The notes beneath the pieces were generated by a model that saw only the letters and a list, made by a program, of their open reading frames with translations, did no database searches and was not told the origin of the DNA. A DNA stretch of 64,000 nt from Azolla caroliniana (Eukaryota; Plantae; Polypodiophyta), in NCBI GenBank assembly GCA_043228905.1, contig JBHGNT010000003.1, positions 7,192,001-7,256,000 of the forward strand. The letters are read 5' to 3'. Position numbers and translations under genes: made by a program. This document shows positions 52,939-62,935 of the stretch, piece after piece; the first letter of the stretch is position 1; each line of letters starts with the position of its first letter.

Positions 52939-55611
52939 TTAAGACATGTTTGATGGACTAGAAGAGCATTCTGACGTCTCATCCTCATCATCAGTGGCAA
53001 TCAAAGCATTATCCTCATCCAATTCCAACCCAACATCTTTGTGGTTATGAGAATTGCTTCTGGTTATTCTCTGTATTTCGTTTGACACCATGTTTGGGAT
53101 TTTCTCCTTTATTATCTTGATAGTTGCTTGTCTTAGATGACCTGATTTTGTCAATGAGAAGTCATATACTAGTATGTCAACACGGTCTAGTGCGAGAGTA
53201 GTTGTGCTCGGTATATTCTTTCTTCTTCTCTTTCTGCTTGAACATCCGACATCCTTAACCATCTCTAAAGAATACTTTCCTGTAAATGCATCAGTTGAAT
53301 TTGTCTGATACCAATGGACTACTATTGACTTTGTCTGACTACTTTCTTCATCCCTTACTAATTCAATAATTTTTGCAATCCAAAATGGATGGCCCAAGGT
53401 ATCGTCCCCTACTAATGTTGCAACCAACATTCCCACTTGTAGTTCTTGCAAATTACCTTGCCATCTTGCCTCAACAGTACGTGACTTTCTTGGTCCCACA
53501 TAAATATCTCTTTGTAGTGGCCGAACTAAATCATGAAGCTCCATATTATTCGATTGTTGGTGATGAGTCTGCGATATCGTTGATGTCATCCCAATGTTCC
53601 ATGTGAATGGGATACGGATTGGCCATAAACCGGTGATGTAATTATCTAAAATGGTGCGTTGATGGGTGAAGAAAATCTCCCACCATTCAACATCCTCATC
53701 ACCGGCATACTTCTTAGTCCGATCAATATTATTTTGTTTCTCTGCTAGACATCTCAACCAATATGCCCTTTGTTCATCAATAGTACTATTTGGTGCTACA
53801 TTTTTACGATCATCATATGGCATTTGTTGTGCACCATGTAGAGGTTCATCTGGGATATGAAGAAGGAGCCTACAACCTTCTTGGGGCTCCCATTGTGCAC
53901 TAGATGAGTATTGTTTCGCAAACAACACCGTCATCTTCAGGTGGGCCGATCTTTGTTTTATGAGGAAGACATGGTTGAAACTTATATTATTAAGAGGTGC
54001 AAGCACCCTACCTTTAGTCCCGTCACTATCCATGCAGAAACGTTTAAAGTCGTATACTTCTTCCAAGTGTTGTACTTCAGGCTTTGGTGTATATGCTTCA
54101 CTAATCAATTTGGATAGCGTGGGAAGTGTGAAAGCATTACAGCGAGCAAGTTTCTTTGAGAACCTACTGAACATTTGATCTATGTGATCATGGGTATGAC
54201 CAACCAACAAGAAGTTAACCTTTATCTTTTTAAATATGCCCCTCTCTACTAGCATGCTTAGATAGCCGAAGACAGTTGAGTTCTTATTCTCTCTTGCTGT
54301 GTTGTCTAGTTGCACATATAGAACTGGCGGGAGTATACCTGACCATGATTGCAATACCCTGTGCATGACAGTGACAGTAAGATTAGGGTCATTGTGGATA
54401 TTGGGATAAGTTAAGAACACTTGCGGTCTTATAGTTTGACAGTATGTCAAACAACCCACTAGATGCATTTGCACGAGACACTCATCTCCAATATCCTTGG
54501 GGAGTCTTTGAAAATGCAGCAAACAAGTTTTCTTTTGATCCATGCCATCAATAATCATGCACATATACTTTTCGGGAGATTGAAACGCTTTTTGTCAGTG
54601 ATGCATAGCCTTAGTGCGTTCCAATGCCTGACTTTCACGATGTTCTTTTAACAGGTTCTTGTAATTCTTGATCTCTACATCTGATTTTCCACCCTTGGCC
54701 ATACTTTTTAAACTCGCACATATTGAGCAGACTCCCATTCGCACCTTTCGTGGGATAACCACGTTATTAAATTGTAACCTCCATAGTCGATTAAAATGCC
54801 TGTACTGTATGTAAGGCTCAACATCGGAAGACATGTCGTCCTTGTACGATTGGTAAACTTCCCTTCGAGTAAAGTTATCTGACAAATGAAGTCTTCCTGT
54901 CGTTGGCATAACTTCGCACTGTTTTGAAAAATATACCTCCATCCACCTAATTGCCTGTTGCCCAATTTGACCCTTACATCCAAAACCATTTTGATCGAAC
55001 TATACCCAGGAGCCCTTCACAAGTCGCTCTTGAACTTGTTGCAGCCGCATATTTCCAATGCTATGAGTGATTTTAAAAGCTGCTCGACAACACTTGGTAT
55101 ATAGTCCAAGGAAATATTCAACTTGCGTTGAATTAGGCCCTGCTTTGTGATCCAATTTAAGTTGCATATGCGAAAGAAGAAATGTATCTTGCTCTTCCCC
55201 ATTAAGCGACAAGTATTTTTGTCGTGTTTCACGTAACCTTGACTTTCCATAAGTTGATAGACAGAGATTCGCACAACACAATTTGTTCAAGTCGCATAGA
55301 AGTTGACGATCAGAACATAAGAAATTAAATCTCTTTTCACTAACTTGTCGAGGAACTCTTTTAAATGCTAGAGGTTTAGTAATGCTATTGTTATCTATCG
55401 ACGAAGAATCGTCCGCTTGTAAGCTTGCACGAAGAGGGCCATCAACAGGATCAATTGAAAACAGAGAATTCGAAGTACTAGGAGCCACACTTTTCTGTTT
55501 AAGCCGCGAATGTTTTTTGTGGTCGTACTCTTCTATTGAGAAATACGAGTTGTCTGACAATGAAAAGGGGGCAATAGAAAAAAGAGATGTTCTACTTGTA
55601 GAAGAAGACAT
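52939..55611 (-). pseudogene. Sola1-like DDD transposase (~890 codons) with C-terminal BAH-like domain; two in-frame stops
   Basis: The three track ORFs are one frame split by TAG (55000-55002) and TGA (54595-54597). Motifs: CCxxxC, CCRAAF, CSICASL, IIDGMDQ, LDNTARENKN, FLLVGHTHDHIDQMF. C-terminal LQVGMLV...HPFWIAKIIEL...VVHWY. Confidence 0.82.
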
Positions 55612-55907
55612 TTGAGGGAGTCTAACTGTATTCTAAAACCTTCTTTTGAGAAAATTAAGGAATGTTGAAGCCTAACTATATAACTACCCGAACACTTAGA
55701 TTAACTATATTATTTTCCAAAATTTTCCTAAAAAAAAATAATTAAAAATTATTTTTTATTTTAAAAAGAATGCTAAAGTCTTCTATATAAGGAGGTTAGA
55801 AATTTCATTTTCATTATCACGTGAAAGAATCCATCGAGCTCAGAGCACAGGCCAATTTTCGAGCACTCAGAAGCACATCGTGGACAACACTACCTCCGGC
55901 ACGAACC
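55612..55907. promoter_or_regulatory. Putative bidirectional promoter between transposase and methyltransferase
   Basis: 296-bp AT-rich spacer between divergent ATGs (55611 minus, 55908 plus); TATATAA at 55677-55683 and 55784-55790. Confidence 0.5.
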
Positions 55908-58900
55908 ATGAACAAGGGAAAGAAAATCGTCAGGTTAGTAATATTCATTACATTTTTTAAGATTTCTAAAGATTCCTTTCCTCAACACATAGAAATTTTA
56001 TTTTATTTTGTACAACGAACTTGGAAAGCAATTCTGAAAGCCAGGACCTTCAACCAAAATCCGATGCACTGCATCAGATTTTGGTTGAAAGGCGCAAAAT
56101 CCCCAAAATCCGATGCACTGCATCGGATTTTGGTTGAAAAAAATGTTGTTTTTGCGATAAAAAACTATCGCATGGGACCATAAAATTGACATAATTTAAA
56201 TGATAATTTGCGTGATTTAGATAAAATTGTACATTGTTTCTATGTTTTCACCAACGTTTTTAATTTCAGTGAACCCAGACAAAAAGTTCCTTCATTTAGA
56301 TTGAAGATTCGATCTCCGACAAAACGAAATTCTGGCTCCTTCATGAAGGACACGAGTAAAAAGAATTTATTTGACTCAACGGGGGAAGGAGTATCCAAGT
56401 CATCTGTGGCTACTACCAAAATCAACAAAGGTAGTACGCAAGAGGAGAAAACGGTTGAGGTGAAAACGAAGACATTGACTCTACAAGTATTTTAATCGAC
56501 GTCTCGAGCTCAGTTGGCAACAGGCGATTGCGACTTGATGAGGGAAACCTAGTACCCGAATCTTGCAATTCCAAGGCTTTGCGTAAAGACCTGCAAATGA
56601 AAAATAACTTGTTGGTAGTTCTTCGGCCGTATGTGACAGGAGAGATGATGACCGGTGAAGCAGAAATTCCACCGAAAAAGTCTAGGAAGACAAATCCTGT
56701 TCAAAAGAAATATACTAAACGACCACGACCCGAAGAAGAAGAAGAAGAAATATTAGAGTTCGTGGAAGAAGAAGACGACCAACAAGTCGACGTCGTGGCT
56801 CCAGGCGAACAACTATCTTCTGGTGTCCTCACGTCAGAACAAAATAAAATAAGAGAAAATATTGTGAAGACTAAACTTGTGCGTAGGGGCCAGCTATTTC
56901 ATTTGCCCATTACTTCTATCCAAAGGCCCCCCATTGACCCCGTGACTGGAAGACGTCCCTTGGAAATTAGGGAGCCGCACTCCGTCCATGTGCAAAACCT
57001 GAAAAGCAAAATGAAAATCAATCCTCACGCTACTGTGGTGCCATTTTTGGTAATGGTTGATCAAGAACAATGCCCAACAGTAGCAGATTTCAAGTATAGC
57101 TCTGCAGATGATTACACATACTATGTAATCGGAGGATCACATTCGGCCGAAGCTCGACGACAGCTTGTCAAAGAATATCCTCTCACGCCGTTCTTCAAAT
57201 ACGCCGAATGTAAGGTATATGCAGGACTAACTCACGAGGAGGCGAAGCTGCTCGCATGGGACCATAACAATGACAACGATTATAGGCAAAAGATGTCATG
57301 TATAGAGAGGATAAGATTTTTTCATCATGAATACTTCGATGCCTTGAATCGTTTTGGTCCAAGATTGTGGCCTGGATTGCGACGTCAGTGTTTATTGGAA
57401 GTAGGGATTGCAGTGGATGAGAGTACCAAATCCGAAGGTCTCCGAAAATATGATTCTTGGTTTCAACTAGCTTTTCAGACCGAAGAGGTGTGGGATCTCC
57501 AAGACAAAATATTCTCTATGTGGGAGCGGAAAGAAGTCAAGGGGCAAACATCAAAAAAGGGAAGAATTGATCCACAAGTTGAGATGAAATCAAAGACCAA
57601 GGGAAAAAACGACTTGGTAATCGAGGAGTTAGCAGAGGACATGAAACTTTTACCTTGGAGATCATTACAAGGTATCAAAGATGATAGATTGTTAATATCC
57701 GTGCTATCTCGAGTGGTCGCCAAGGAATTTAGTTTGGACGATATGGTAACAGACTTGCAAAAGTAAGTGTTTATAGTATACCTTTTCATGAAAGTCTTCA
57801 ATTATTTTGAATATCTTATTTCTAATTTCATATTGATTGTGCAGTCACAAGGTATACATGAAGATTCAGGAGTTGATGATGCAAAAACTGAGTTTACCGA
57901 CATGGGAAGAAGTTGAACAAGCCTACCCGATAACTTCTTCCTACAAGGCATTGGAGGAATATTTTATTGTATTTAGAGAATGGGTATGTGTCTTTTGAAT
58001 GTTGATATGTTAGAAAGTAATGTTCCCTGCTAACAACAATGACACTTGCAGAAACCATCAAAATCGAAAAAGAACAATGGCAATAATGACGGTATTCCAG
58101 CGGCCTTCATCACGCACTTAGAACGTGCGAAATATGAGAAGAGAATGACCAAAGGGAAGGAAATGGAACTGCCCGAGGATTCGGAGACTATAAAGAGTTT
58201 TTTGCATAGGTCTGATCCTTTCAAACAGCTTCATTATAGTGTTTTCAATGGCGAAGTATCCCAGATGCTCGAACTGTTACCGAGAAGGCACTACACTTTG
58301 CTGATAGCTGACATACCATATGGTTTCCGTATTGCGGGATCAACATATGATGATGTTCCTTTCAAGTACCCTCAGATCGAGAAAATGGTAAAGGATTTCG
58401 CAGAACTGACATTGGCCCCCTTGTGGAGGATAGTCATATTTCATAGCATGGGGCAATCACTGTCAGTCACAACAGCTTTGAAGTCTCGTTGTCATGCCTC
58501 TGAACACATGCATTGGTCCGTTATAGTTCGCTTTTACTCATTACAGTACTTCTTATTATATGTACACATTTACACCTCTAATACTTGATTTTCTTTCTCT
58601 ATAGGATCAAAACAAATATTACATGTAGCCCTGGCGATCGAATGGTTAGTGTGGTCGAACATTTTTGTGTGGGCTACTATGATTCAATTACAAAGAAGAA
58701 GGCTAGAGCACATGTCAATGACTGTAACGTGGTTAACTACATCATGTGCCCAGCTGTAACCAAAAAATTAAGACATGTGTCAGGGGATAAAAGTATGGTG
58801 AACCCTTATCAAAAACCTCAAAGATTGATCAACCACCTCATAGAGCTCTTCTCGAATCCAGATGATTGGGTCCTAGACTTGTTCTCTAGCATAGGTATAA

Positions 58901-59334
58901 TATATATATTTAATTTCAATCCTGTCAATCAAGTTTAAGACGTTACTTCTTATATATACTTGTTTGTGTTCATGCGACCATTAGGTACAACGACAGCTTG
59001 TGCATTGAAGATGTTTAGAAACTGTGTTGCATTGGAGAAGGACCCTGCTCAAGTTAACTTCATCAAAATGAGGATCACAGGAATCTGGGACTGTCCAGAT
59101 CAGGATCAAGAAGTCGGAGCAAAACACATCAACGAGACAGAGATGTTCCAGATGACTTCACGAGAACCAATGGAACCAATTGATGAAGAAGCTGGGGAGC
59201 TGGTGGACCTGGAAGATGTAGCACAGTTTGACCATACATCAGATTCGGGAGAGCTTGGAGATGACACGAATGAAAACAGTCTAGAACAATCAGCGCCAGA
59301 GGAGCCTGCTCTGCCTGATTTGCTTATAGATTGA
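55908..59334 (+). pseudogene. Six-exon gene: low-complexity N-terminus + ParB/Srx-like domain + beta-class amino (N6-adenine/N4-cytosine) DNA methyltransferase; likely inactivated
   Basis: Phase-compatible GT-AG exons 55908-55933, 56270-57762, 57845-57983, 58052-58515, 58605-58894, 58985-59334, with one apparent frameshift near 56456-56461. ParB-like YYVIGGSHSAEARRQL...LTHEEAKLLAWDHN. Motif IV LLIADIPYG (58310-58321), HWIK, NPYQKPQRLINHLIELFSNPDDWVLDLFSSIGTTTACALKMFRNCVALEKD. Confidence 0.82.
56049..56133. repeat. Two tandem long palindromes in intron 1 of the MTase gene
   Basis: 56049-56089: 20-bp arms, 1 mismatch, 1-nt centre. 56103-56133: perfect 15-bp arms CCAAAATCCGATGCA-C-TGCATCGGATTTTGG. 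Confidence 0.9.
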
Positions 59335-60063
59335 TGTAGATGGCGTAATGTAAAAATTGAGGATTTTGAGGCATAATGTTCACCATCACTTCATATTATA
59401 TTTGTATATGAGAACATCTGTAATTGTTTATTGTTTAATTAAATTCACCTGTTCATAATTTCCCTTTTTAATCATTATTGGAACCGTTGTTTGTATTTAC
59501 ATATAATTGGTCACCATGCTCTTCTTCAATTTGAGATATTAACATGATATTGTAATTTCTCATTTCCGTTAGCATGACTGTATATGAAAAGGCGAATGTT
59601 TTGATAATAAGAGGTTTTTAGTTACCTACGGTTCAAGTCTACTGGTTCCACATAGTATAAATGAATGTCGTACGTAATTGTTACTCTTACCAATTACATT
59701 GTCATGAACTATATGACATTATACAATGAAACTATCGATATACCCGTCCAACAAGTGGGGTACTACTTTATTCCTAAACCCAAAACCACATATTTATAAT
59801 TACAATTTATGTAGTTTTACTCTACAATTTGAATATGGATACCAATTTTAGAACTTTATATTGAACCAAGTCTTCAATTGTGCTCCATGATATGCAAATT
59901 GACACGAATGTGGACACATATACAATTTAGTAATTGCTAGGTTTTTTTTGTTCTATATTTAACCATCAAGTCGCAAAAGGGGTACGTATTGATCGTATAT
60001 TTTCGATATCAGGCTAAAATAGGGTACTTTTCTACATCTGGCCAACTATGCCAAAAGAGAATA

Positions 60064-60096
60064 CGACATATTACCTGTTTCAAATGACCCGGTGCT
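60064..60096 (-). repeat. Right TIR
   Basis: Reverse complement AGCACCGGGTCATTTGAAACAGGTAATATGTCG. Confidence 0.95.
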
Positions 60097-61832
60097 ATTG
60101 ACAACTACTCGCGCTACGCGGGATCTACCCAATGAAGAAGAAGAGAGAAGTGTTCTCCCACTTCTAAAAGCTCAAGGAGCAAGTCGAAAAAGAAACCGGT
60201 TGGCACATTCGATGCCTACAATCGGATGGAGGAAAGGAGTACTTCTCCGACGAGTTCACCTCCTACCTCCAAAGTGAAGCCATTCAAAGAGAATTCTCAT
60301 GCCGACACATACCCCAACAAAATGGAGTCGCCAAAAGGAAAAATCGGCAAATACTCGAGGTAGCACGAGCCATGATGCATGAGAAGCACATGCCGAATTT
60401 CTATTGGGCTGAAGCAACATCCACGGCCGTCTATCTCATGAACCGGTGCACCACCAATGGAGTCCATGAGCTAAGTCCATACAAACTCCTCGTCGGAAGG
60501 AAGCTAATGTTGTTGCACCTCAAGGTGTTCGGAAGCATTGCGAATGTACGTATCTCGAACGAACAACGACAGAAACCCGACGCGAAGTCGGAGGAATGTA
60601 TCCTCATAGGATACTCGTCCGAGAAGAAGGCGTACAAGTGTTACAACCCTTCTACCTGAGCGGTTCGGGGTGGGTAAGTCGAGATGTAGTCTTCGACGAG
60701 TCCGCATCGTGGTACGCATCAGAGGCAACTTCGATTTCAACTTCGGTCGACCCGGAATTCGCCGAACAAGAGGTAGAATATGGAGATCACTTTGAACACA
60801 TGTTCGAAGGAAATCCGATTACGACGGAGCTTAGTGGGCCACAAGAGCCCCCACGCGACCCAAGCACGTCGCGGCCAAGTACGAACTTGGACAAAGGCAA
60901 ATGTAAGATGCCCGAATACGAAGTCGATCACCCCAACGACAATGATTCGGATGGATCGGCTCTCTCACTAGATAGTGAGTTCGGTGTACCCATCATGTGG
61001 ACACCCGGAGTAAAGAGGGACTCACATTGGCGAGCGAAAAACTTCGACACTCATCTAGAGCTAACAACCCCGTCACGCGGCTCAGCTACAACGAGTATAT
61101 GGCCCATCATTACGCCTTCGCGATGAAGGTAGTGGCCGAACAAGAGCCCAAGAGCTCCACGGAAGCGGCTCGTAACCCACGATGTCAGACGCCTCACACT
61201 TGAGCTTGAGGGGGCATGTTGAGAGATCAAGCTCAACTTAGTTTAGTTAGTTAGTCAACACATGTAACTTAGTAGTTACCTAGATAGAATCTAGTTAGTG
61301 TGTCGACCATAAAGCCTTAAATAGGATTTTGTACTCGAGTGGGATACATTGTAGATCCACCACTGCATGCTCATTTAATATAGGACTTACACGGTGTACC
61401 TATATTCTCCTAGCACATGTGCACCCTTGCACATGAAACCTATATATACCTCATCGAAGGTATTTTTGTATTTGATGATAGTTGATGATATTTACCTTTT
61501 AATATACTTTATCATCCCCCATCTTTGTTTTTGTGTTCATAAGTGTACTTCTCTCTCTCTTCCTCTCACGCACACATACACGCACATATCACTTAATCTT
61601 CCGCTACCTAATCGCTTAACTTAATCACATAATTAGGTAATAATTATTCCTTAATTAATTACCTAATTCTTAACAGAACAAAACACTTGAGTATATACAA
61701 GAGGTGAAGAGTTCGAATCTTGGCATGATTGTTGTCATGTCTATGACATTATACTCCCCTTTATGGCCGTTGTTTCGAAAGCGTGGTGTAGGGCAATGGT
61801 GAGCTGAAAGAGAAAACCAAAGTAGGTTGAGG

Positions 61833-62301
61833 AGTGAGTGACCATGAGCAGTCCTTAGTGGAGACTGCAACAACAATAGACGTGAGCGACCATGTATGGC
61901 CCTCATCGAGAACTAGAACACCAATGGGCATGAGTGACCATGTACGGTCCTCATAGGAGATTGGGACACCAACGAGCATGAGCGGCCATGTGCAGTCCTC
62001 ACCGGAGACACGAACACCAACGGACGTGAGTGACGATGTGCGGTACTCACGGGCAACTGGGACACCAACGTGTAAGTGACCATGTGCGGTCCTCACCAGA
62101 GACACGAACATCAACGGATGTGAGTGACCCTATACGGTCCTCCCCAGGAACTGGGACACCAATGTGTGTGAGAGACCATGTGTGATCCTCACTGAGAACT
62201 AGGACACCAACGGCGTGAGGGACCATGTGTGGTCCTCAATGGAGACACAAACACTAATGGACGTGAGCGACCTTGCACGGTCCTTACTGGGAACTAGAAC
62301 A
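61833..62301. repeat. 48-bp tandem array (~10 copies) inside element A
   Basis: Unit GTGAGTGACCATGTGCGGTCCTCACCGGAGACACGAACACCAACGGAC, with GAGACACGAACAC and GAACTGGGACAC variants that mostly alternate. Confidence 0.88.
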
Positions 62302-62439
62302 CTTGACGACGATGAAGGTTAAGCAAAGTTGTGTTGATGACGACAACAAGAGGGCTGAAGATGATGATGTCGAAGATGAAGCAATGAAGGCAATGATGTT
62401 GACGAAGCGTCTTTGGACGCAATGACTTTGACTATGGAA

Positions 62440-62935
62440 TGATGGAAACAGAGAAAGACATGAAGAGGAAAAAAACACAAAGATCGAGACATTGAGGATC
62501 TGAAGAAACACAAAGACTCAAATACAGAGGGTGATAGAAAACATAGAGGCAAGGATGAGGGTGATAGGAAACACAAAGAAAGGGACGAAGATAATAAGAA
62601 ACACATAGATAGAGATGAAATATGTAGGAAACACAAGGAGAAGGATGACAACGACAAAAAAATGCAAAGATAGGGATGTGGAAGATGATAAGAAGCACAA
62701 AGATAGGGATGATGATGATAAGAAACACAGAGATAGATATGTGGAGGATGAGAAGAAACTAAAAAACAGAGACGATGATGAGGAGAAACTAAAAGACAGA
62801 GACAACGATGAGAAGAAACTAGGAGATAGAGATGACAAGGAAGATAGGAAACAAAGGGATGTTGATGACGGTAACTCTGGAATCAAGGACAATGACGATG
62901 GTAACTCTAGAAACAAGGGCAATGACAAAGACATG
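62440..62935. repeat. ~30-bp purine-rich tandem array inside element A
   Basis: Recurrent GATGATAAGAAACACAAAGATAGGGAT-like units. Confidence 0.8.

Larger units (their letters stand above)
52612..60096. mobile_element. 7,485-bp TIR DNA transposon (Sola-like) carrying a transposase and a ParB-DNA methyltransferase gene
   Basis: 33-bp TIRs with 1 mismatch; 4-bp TSD ATTG at 52608-52611 and 60097-60100; removing the element restores B integrase VTFIDNYSRY. Confidence 0.93.
16850..61675 (+). mobile_element. Element B: internally deleted Ty1/Copia retrotransposon inserted in the A LTR
   Basis: TSD GAACA at 16845-16849 and 61676-61680; truncated 5' LTR 16850-~17122; full 3' LTR 61217-61675 after PPT GAGGGGGCA; gag fragment 17123-17579; GAG-pre-integrase/integrase 52292-52611 continuing at 60101-~61185; RT/RNase H absent. 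Confidence 0.88.

Noticed and set aside
52939-55611. Three separate genes or an intron-split transposase
   Set aside because: All three ORFs share one frame and are separated by single stop codons; a mutated single ORF is simpler.
55908-59334. Bacterial contamination or a plant 5mC methyltransferase
   Set aside because: Five phase-consistent spliceosomal introns and a TSD-flanked position within a plant Copia argue against contamination. No PCQ/ENV C5-MTase motifs were seen.
61833-62301. CRISPR-like regular array
   Set aside because: Whole 48-bp units are homologous, with no unique spacers, no cas genes and a eukaryotic LTR context.
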